Assembly: GCA_963666285.1 (NCBI GenBank)
Contig: OY762711.1
Origin: Sedimentisphaerales bacterium
GTDB taxonomy: Bacteria; Planctomycetota; Phycisphaerae; Sedimentisphaerales; SM23-30
DNA length: 64,000 nt
Direction: 5' to 3' (one strand)
The translations under genes and the position numbers were made by a program. Position 1 is the first letter of the stretch. Each line of letters opens with the position of its first letter. Positions 57,761 through 64,000 of the stretch are shown here, piece after piece. The notes under the pieces are model-generated. The model did not search any database, had not been told where the DNA came from, and worked only from the letters and a program-made list of their open reading frames with translations.

Positions 57761-58132
57761 AATTATATTCTCAATAAGTACTTTCACACTTTTGGTGCAA
57801 TTGTATGTTCAGAATTATTATCGTCAGTTTCTAAAGGCAACTTTTGCAGATTTAACTATAATATTGCTAAAAGCACTATCTGTAAGATGCTGTTATATAA
57901 GCAGATATGTAAATATTAAGTTGTAAGCTCATTAACTTGCAAAAATAGTGGGATTTTTGATTATAGGGATGGCCGGATCGGACATACGGAAATTAGATTA
58001 TCGCCCATCTGTGACCGGATTAGCAGGGTGATAGGATTCAGCTTACAGTGATTCCTGGGAATTATTTGTCAGATTATTTGCAGTTATACTGAAATACGTA
58101 TAAGCTGCGATATTATAAGGAGTTACTAGGTT

Positions 58133-59644
58133 CTACAATTGGACGGATTCCGACATTGTAGCAACTGGAGCCGACTTGCCGGTAAACAATTCAAATTGCT
58201 TAACTGCCTGGTTAATAAACATGTCCAAGCCGGAAATTGGCATTGCCCCCGACTCTACTGTATATTTTAAGAGTTTGGTTTCTAGCGGGGCATAGACAGT
58301 GTCAAAAACTGTCATATTGGATTTTATGGTAGTTTTGTTCACAGGGCAGGTTTCAATTTCAGGCTCCATACCAAGAGATGTACAGTTTATTATCAATTCG
58401 GCAGACGTAGAGTCTATTTCGTCTGAATTGGCATAATTGCAGCCGAAGGTTTCTGCTAAATGCTTTGCTTTTTCTATGGTCCTATTATAGATTGTTACAT
58501 CTGCTTTATTATCTACAAGCGCAGATACTATTGCACGCGAAACGCCGCCGGCGCCGATAACAGCTGCAGGCATTCCTTCAAGTGATTTTCCTGATTTGCT
58601 TAATCCATCCAAAATAGCTTTCAGAGCACCGTGGTAATCGGTATTATATCCTCGGAGTTCATGGTCACCGGTTATTATTATCGTATTGATTGCACCTATT
58701 TTTCTTGCCGGCGGATCAATGAAACCGTTGTTATTATCAAGATAGTTCATCGCGTTTTGTTTATGCGGCAGGGTAACACTAAAACCGCTAAATAACAGCC
58801 ATGGACGCTTCAGGCACTCATCCATAAACAAATCAAACTCGTCTGCCTGGATAAGCAGAGGCATATACATGCCGTTAAATGATGACTCTTCAAATGCACG
58901 ATTATGAATTATTGGCCCTCTGGAATGGCATACCGGGGCACCTATTATCCCAAAAAGACGGGTGTCTGAATTTGTTTTATCAAATCGGTAAACTTTTTTG
59001 ATTTCTGTTAGATTAATCTGACCGTCTGCTGTTGAATCTTCATTACTCAGCGATGCAAATGTCAGCAGGGCGTTGAGCTTTTTTGCTAATAACCGGGTAA
59101 TTATCCCTTCATAACCCATTGCAATTGCTATCATTCCAGGATTGTCACGCATAATGTCAAGTGCGGCAAATGAGTCAGCAATACTGTTAGCCTTAAATGC
59201 AATCTTAGGTATTGCATCCGACGAAAGATTCTTAATGCTGTTAATTATGTCAACAAGGTCTATTGGCTTTTCTTCAAAATTATGGTGGCTGATTATTACC
59301 TGGGCCGGACCGAATTCAGGCAGAAATTCTGCTACTGCTTTTAATTCAATATCAATATAATCGGCCCTGGCGGAAGCTGCTTTTTGCAGTATCTTGATTC
59401 TGTTTTTATCTGGTCCATCGTATTCGCCGCCTTCCCAGTTTGCTCGGCATGTAGCAATGACTTTCATGCCGTATTCACGGGCGATAGTAACAATATCAAC
59501 AACTTTTTCTTCTAACCGGATTTGGTCCGGCCAGTAATCAAGTCGCAGTTCGATAATATCGGCACCTTTGTCTTTTGCAGCCTGGGCTTGTGTTTTTAAT
59601 TTCTCTATTGATTCTACTTTTATTGGTATAGCAATGTATGTCAT
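58133..59644 (-). CDS. aroDE: Bifunctional type I 3-dehydroquinate dehydratase / shikimate dehydrogenase (AroDE)
   Basis: AroD motifs ELRLD, YIDIE, SHHNF and GQ. AroE motifs HSRGP..HN, SVTLPHK, NTD, GAGG and NCTSLGM. Confidence 0.95.
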   Translation of the reverse strand: MTYIAIPIKVESIEKLKTQAQAAKDKGADIIELRLDYWPDQIRLEEKVVDIVTIAREYGMKVIATCRANWEGGEYDGPDKNRIKILQKAASARADYIDIELKAVAEFLPEFGPAQVIISHHNFEEKPIDLVDIINSIKNLSSDAIPKIAFKANSIADSFAALDIMRDNPGMIAIAMGYEGIITRLLAKKLNALLTFASLSNEDSTADGQINLTEIKKVYRFDKTNSDTRLFGIIGAPVCHSRGPIIHNRAFEESSFNGMYMPLLIQADEFDLFMDECLKRPWLLFSGFSVTLPHKQNAMNYLDNNNGFIDPPARKIGAINTIIITGDHELRGYNTDYHGALKAILDGLSKSGKSLEGMPAAVIGAGGVSRAIVSALVDNKADVTIYNRTIEKAKHLAETFGCNYANSDEIDSTSAELIINCTSLGMEPEIETCPVNKTTIKSNMTVFDTVYAPLETKLLKYTVESGAMPISGLDMFINQAVKQFELFTGKSAPVATMSESVQL

Positions 59645-59669
59645 TTTTCTGTCACTGGTTTTTATAATA

Positions 59670-60566
59670 TTATTTCTGTTTTTTTATAGTCTCTGCGGCT
59701 TCAATTCCTATTTCAACTGCATTTTCAAGCTTACCGCAAATTTCCGCATATGCTATATTTTTGCCGTTTACATCGCCAGAAAATGCTTTTATATGCAGCT
59801 TTGTATTTTCTACCCAGCTGTAAGCACCCATTGGGACCTGGCATCCTCCACCCATCGATGCAAGAAATGATCGCTCAGCATCAGTAGTAAGTTTTGATTC
59901 TTGATCTTCCAATGGTTTCAGTAATTTGGCGGTTTCCGGATCATTTGCTCTTATCTCAATCGCAAGTGCACCCTGACCGCAGGCTGGTAAAAAGACTTTG
60001 GGGTCCAGTTTGTGTGATACCAGGTTGTCCAGTCCCAGCCGCGCTAGTCCTGCGCTGGCAAGTATCATTCCGTCAATCTCGTCATTCTGCAGGTATTTTT
60101 TTATCCTGGTTTCTATATTTCCTCGAACATCTGATATCTGCAAATCTGGTCTTGCGTGTAGCAGCTGACATTTGCGTCTTAGAGAACTGGTAAAAATTTT
60201 TGCTTTTTTCGGTAAATTTTGTATTTCACAGCCGCTTTTACTAAAAAAGGATTCTGAAGAATCTTCTCTGCTGGTAATTGCGCCATATGTCAATCCTTCC
60301 GGCAGATCGGTTGGCAGATCCTTTAAGCTATGGACGGCCAAATCTATTTCTCCGGCAATCAGATTATCTTCTATCTCTTTAGTAAATAAGCCCTTACCGT
60401 CGATTTTACTCAATGCCTGGTCTAATATCTTGTCACCCTTGGTTTTGATTATTTTTATATGTAATTCGATATCGGGGTGTAGGTTTCTAAACAGTTTTTC
60501 TATATGCCTGGTTTGCCATAATGCCAGATTGCTGCCGCGTGTCCCAATTGTCAGTACTTTCGCCAT
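59670..60566 (-). CDS. hemC: Hydroxymethylbilane synthase
   Basis: Motifs GTRGSNLALWQ, KGLFTKE, AVHSLKD, RGNIETR and GGCQVP. Confidence 0.97.
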   Translation of the reverse strand: MAKVLTIGTRGSNLALWQTRHIEKLFRNLHPDIELHIKIIKTKGDKILDQALSKIDGKGLFTKEIEDNLIAGEIDLAVHSLKDLPTDLPEGLTYGAITSREDSSESFFSKSGCEIQNLPKKAKIFTSSLRRKCQLLHARPDLQISDVRGNIETRIKKYLQNDEIDGMILASAGLARLGLDNLVSHKLDPKVFLPACGQGALAIEIRANDPETAKLLKPLEDQESKLTTDAERSFLASMGGGCQVPMGAYSWVENTKLHIKAFSGDVNGKNIAYAEICGKLENAVEIGIEAAETIKKQK

Positions 60567-60595
60567 TTGTCCTCTTAAATAATAATTAAAAACAA

Positions 60596-60624
60596 ATTTT
60601 AATAGCTAAATACAGCAATGTCAA
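60596..60624 (-). promoter_or_regulatory. Sigma70 promoter of hemC-aroDE
   Basis: TTGACA-N17-TAAAAT. Confidence 0.7.
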
Positions 60625-60676
60625 TTACATATGAAATGAATTTATTAGAAAGGAGTCGGAGTTCTGGAAAGATATG

Positions 60677-61069
60677 TCAAATTGTGCAGGGGTAGTCCTT
60701 TTTGACATATTTCATTTTCCAGTTGTCGCTTTCAATACTGCTTAGTATGATTTCTCCGTGCAGTGTCTCACTCTTGAGAACTAACTCGACTTCATCAAAA
60801 GGCAGGCAGGACATAAGTTTGCCTTTAGGGTCAAAATATTGACCTCTTATAACGATTCTCACAAAACCGCGATTCTCAGAAATCGGTCCTTCGTATGTCA
60901 AATACTTAAGCCTGTGGTCAAATATCTTTTTACAGTTAATCTCGCTTTCTGACCACTCAGTAGGGTGAGTTTCTATTTGCCAGGTAAGCAGAATCTCCCC
61001 ACATCGAACCATTAAATCCCAATGAGTATGATCATCGATAGTATGCTCTTGTACGACAAAATCATTCAT
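60677..61069 (-). CDS. Stand-alone LigD N-terminal 3'-phosphoesterase-like domain protein
   Basis: FVVQEH...HWDLM...L.TW...DHRLKYLTYEG.I...RG.V. Confidence 0.8.
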   Translation of the reverse strand: MNDFVVQEHTIDDHTHWDLMVRCGEILLTWQIETHPTEWSESEINCKKIFDHRLKYLTYEGPISENRGFVRIVIRGQYFDPKGKLMSCLPFDEVELVLKSETLHGEIILSSIESDNWKMKYVKKDYPCTI

Positions 61070-61076
61070 CAATTGA

Positions 61077-61105
61077 ATTATATCTTTCTGTTTTATGTTT
61101 GTCCA
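61077..61105 (-). promoter_or_regulatory. Sigma70 promoter giving a probably leaderless transcript
   Basis: TGGACA-N17-TATAAT, with ATG 61069 seven nt downstream. Confidence 0.6.
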
Positions 61106-61407
61106 TAAAACTTAAACTTATAAATTGAGATTTTAATGCCGACTGTAACAGTTGTATGGCTTTACTGCAAACACTAATGCATATGCTGCCTGCTGTGCAT
61201 AATGTGTTGTCTCGTAGATGTTTATGTTGATTTGGCAGTAGTTTGGCCTTGCTTTGTTGTGGCTCAGAATTTGATTGAAATCGTACTCAATAAATGATAC
61301 AATTAATGTTCTATATATATTCTGTTATATGGAGTTATATAGAGCTAAACAAAACACCACACCAACACACCCCGGTTTCAAGACTAGGCAGGAACTACAA
61401 AAAATAT

Positions 61408-63207
61408 ATGGATACCAATTTTATAAGAAATTTTTCGATTGTAGCGCATATTGATCATGGTAAAAGTACTTTGGCTGACCGTATCATGCAAATTACCGGC
61501 GCTGTTTCTGAAAGAGATTTACAGGAACAGATGCTTGATAGTATGGAACTCGAACGCGAAAGAGGCATCACAATAAAAGCTTCTGCTGTTACTATGAATT
61601 ATAAACATTCAGACGGTAATACGTACATGCTCAATCTGATTGACACTCCGGGACATGTTGACTTTCATTATGAAGTTTCACGTGCTCTGGCTGCTTGTGA
61701 AGGTGCTTTATTGGTGGTAGATTCTACCCAGGGGGTTGAGGCACAGACTGTTGCCAATGCTTATCTTTCCATAGATGGCGGGCTCGAAATCGTGCCTGTT
61801 ATAAATAAAATTGATCTTCCTAGCGCTCAGCCGGATGTCGTTGCAGAAGAAATAGAAAATATTCTTGGGATAAAAAAGGGCGAATGTATTTCTGTTAGTG
61901 CCAAAAGTGCTGCAAATATGGCTGAGCTGCTTGAAGCGATAGTTACTTTGCTTCCCGCCCCGGAAGACTTGCATGATGAACCTCTAAAAGCACTTATTTT
62001 TGATAGTCATTATGATGATTACAGGGGGGTAATACTTTATGTCAGGATTGTTGCCGGCAAGCTAAAAAAGAATGACTCTATCAAGATGATGGCTACCGGA
62101 CGAACTTACCAGGTATGTGAACTTGGTAAATTTACACCCAAAATGACACGCATTGATGAAATCGGTTGTGGTGAAGTAGGCTATGTTGTTGCTTCTATAA
62201 AGCAATTGAATGAAGTTACTGTTGGTGATACGATAACTCACCAGCACAAACCTTGCGTCAAACCGCTGCCCGGCTATCAAAAGCCTGTTCAGATGGTTTT
62301 CTCTGATTTCTATCCTGGCAATTCAACTGATTATTCGAAACTGCGGGCTGCTTTCGATAAGCTTGCCCTGAATGATTCTTCTTTTACCTTTGTCCCACAG
62401 AATTCGCCTGCTCTTGGTTTTGGTTTCCGTTGCGGTTTTCTTGGCCTTTTGCATATGGAAATCATTCAGGAACGTCTTGAGCGTGAAAATGATGTGGAGG
62501 TCGTTCAGACAGCTCCTACAGTTAGTTATGAAGTTGTTACTACCGAAGATGAGGTTATCAGGATTGATTCTCCAAGCCAGATGCCTGACATGTCCCAGGT
62601 AAAAGAGTTGCGTGAACCATTCGTCAGGTTGGAGATTATTACTCCGGTAGAATTTATTGGTTCGATTATGACCCTTGCTGATGAGCGCAGATGTATTCTT
62701 GTCAAGCAGGATTATCTGAGCCAGACTCGAGTCATGATAGAATTTAAAGCACCTCTTGCAGAAATTGTATATGATTTTTATGATATCCTGAAGGGTGCTA
62801 CTCGTGGTTATGCTACCATGGATTATGAACTGCTGGCATTCGAAAAGTCAGACCTTGTGCGGGTTAACTTCCTTATCAATGGAAAAGCTGTTGATGCTTT
62901 GGCTATTATTATACACAGGCAAAACTGTGAAAACAGGGCCAGAAAGCTCCTTCTTAAGCTTCGTAAGGCTATCCCGCGTCATCAATTTGAAGTTCCTCTT
63001 CAGGCAGCTATTGGCGGCAAGATCATTGCTCGCGAAACCATCAAGGCTTATCGCAAGGATGTAACCGCTAAGCTTTACGGCGGTGATGTTACACGAAAAA
63101 TGAAGGTGCTCAAAAAGCAGAAAGAAGGAAAAGCCAGGATGAAGACTATCGGCTCGGTTAATATACCACAGGAAGCCTTTATGTCTATTCTTGACAATTC
63201 CGAATAA
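61408..63207 (+). CDS. lepA: Elongation factor 4
   Basis: Motifs IRNFSIVAHIDHGKSTLADR, DTPGHVDF, GFRCGFLGLLH and KQKEGK.RMK. The start is ATG 61408, not 61294. Confidence 0.98.
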   Translation: MDTNFIRNFSIVAHIDHGKSTLADRIMQITGAVSERDLQEQMLDSMELERERGITIKASAVTMNYKHSDGNTYMLNLIDTPGHVDFHYEVSRALAACEGALLVVDSTQGVEAQTVANAYLSIDGGLEIVPVINKIDLPSAQPDVVAEEIENILGIKKGECISVSAKSAANMAELLEAIVTLLPAPEDLHDEPLKALIFDSHYDDYRGVILYVRIVAGKLKKNDSIKMMATGRTYQVCELGKFTPKMTRIDEIGCGEVGYVVASIKQLNEVTVGDTITHQHKPCVKPLPGYQKPVQMVFSDFYPGNSTDYSKLRAAFDKLALNDSSFTFVPQNSPALGFGFRCGFLGLLHMEIIQERLERENDVEVVQTAPTVSYEVVTTEDEVIRIDSPSQMPDMSQVKELREPFVRLEIITPVEFIGSIMTLADERRCILVKQDYLSQTRVMIEFKAPLAEIVYDFYDILKGATRGYATMDYELLAFEKSDLVRVNFLINGKAVDALAIIIHRQNCENRARKLLLKLRKAIPRHQFEVPLQAAIGGKIIARETIKAYRKDVTAKLYGGDVTRKMKVLKKQKEGKARMKTIGSVNIPQEAFMSILDNSE

Positions 63208-63208
63208 G

Positions 63209-64000
63209 TTACAGCCTTAAATCCAGCACCAGAGTTCTATACAGCCAGCTCATAAAGGTTTGCCCGATAGTTTTGTCTTCATAAATGATTCTTATCCGGC
63301 CTGTCTGGCCATCCCTTAAACCTGTGGAATCAGATTGGGCTATAGGCAACACCAGTTCATAAACGTTGATTGCGGGCTTCAGTATTTCTTCTTTGTCTGT
63401 TGTGGGCAACGTAGGGATATCTCCCTGGTACATGGTAGAAAACGCAAGACTGCTTAATATTTGCACCTTGGTATCCGGTATGTTTTTCTTTTCTACCTTG
63501 GATTTTACTGTTTTTGCGTCCATTGCCCATAGCTTTATCTCTGCTTCTAAGCCGTCCGAGATAAACTCCATATCCTGGGCCTTGACAGCTGCTATTGCCT
63601 CAAAACTGTCTTTCTTGCACACAGAAAGTAGTTCGGTACCGGTCTGGATGAATGCCCCGTTATATTTTTCAAACTGTATTTGCGGGTTCAAGACTATAAT
63701 GCCGTCCATTGGCGATATGATGTCAAGATGAGACTTTTCACTTTTCGCCCTGTCGAGATACAGTTCCAGTGCTTTAAGTTCTTCTATTATCTGTTTCTCT
63801 TCTACTGCTTTACCGATATTCCTGGCCTGGTTCAAGGCTATCTGCTTCTGTTTTTTCTGAAGTTCAAGATCTTTTACCCTGTAAATCAATTCAGGGTCAG
63901 ACAACTGTAATATCAGGTCGCCTTTTTTAACTGCCATTCCATCGTCTGGCCATTGGCTCTTGTCATTGTTAAGTTCTAAAAATCCTGGCCTGCTTACATA
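63209..64000 (-). CDS. HlyD-like membrane-fusion/periplasmic adaptor protein (partial, begins beyond right edge)
   Basis: The frame is open from 64000. Lipoyl half-motifs VKKGDLILQL and IISPMDG flank a coiled coil. LRDGQTGRIRI. Confidence 0.75.
   Translation of the reverse strand, partial: YVSRPGFLELNNDKSQWPDDGMAVKKGDLILQLSDPELIYRVKDLELQKKQKQIALNQARNIGKAVEEKQIIEELKALELYLDRAKSEKSHLDIISPMDGIIVLNPQIQFEKYNGAFIQTGTELLSVCKKDSFEAIAAVKAQDMEFISDGLEAEIKLWAMDAKTVKSKVEKKNIPDTKVQILSSLAFSTMYQGDIPTLPTTDKEEILKPAINVYELVLPIAQSDSTGLRDGQTGRIRIIYEDKTIGQTFMSWLYRTLVLDLRL

Noticed and set aside
61294..61407. N-terminal extension of LepA in the ORF track
   Set aside because: The conserved LepA sequence starts at ATG 61408 (MDTNFIRNFSI), and the upstream residues look non-coding.

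Overview
Bacterial chromosomal window. The gene set (AroDE fusion, stand-alone LigD phosphoesterase domain, HzsA-related protein, dockerin-like D-x-D-G-x-x-x-V-D...F-A-x-N-W-L motifs, GLUG/LamG/PA14 secreted proteins) points by inference to an anaerobic planctomycete (Phycisphaerae/Sedimentisphaerales-like). From 1 to 24 kb it is accessory and surface-oriented: a partial GLUG protein, a giant C25 gingipain-like protease, a DUF4097 lipoprotein, a sulfatase, a metallophosphoesterase, tRNA-Pro(CGG), a beta-helix protein, a hydrazine-synthase-like haem protein pair, a short pyruvate kinase and a GH38 mannosidase. From 24 to 64 kb it is mostly housekeeping and metabolic: frameshifted miaA, a spiro-SPASM-like protein, neuA-like, PPIase-ankyrin fusion, dapA, rhomboid, HDOD, pepA, xylose locus, 2-oxoacid:ferredoxin oxidoreductase, PTPS, a type II secretion cluster, aroDE, hemC and lepA. 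The best unannotated signal is two tandem 27-codon micro-lipoprotein genes (8653-8736 and 8956-9039, minus strand). Their predicted mature products are 5-residue lipopeptides (CIYIG, CIHIS) that match the N-terminus of the adjacent DUF4097 lipoprotein, and the locus carries two ECF-type promoters. Also found are a ~200 bp dispersed repeat in three copies with a second element nested in one copy, and a candidate XylR operator. No integrase, transposase, reverse transcriptase or CRISPR array was seen. All family calls come from motifs read by eye; no database searches were run.
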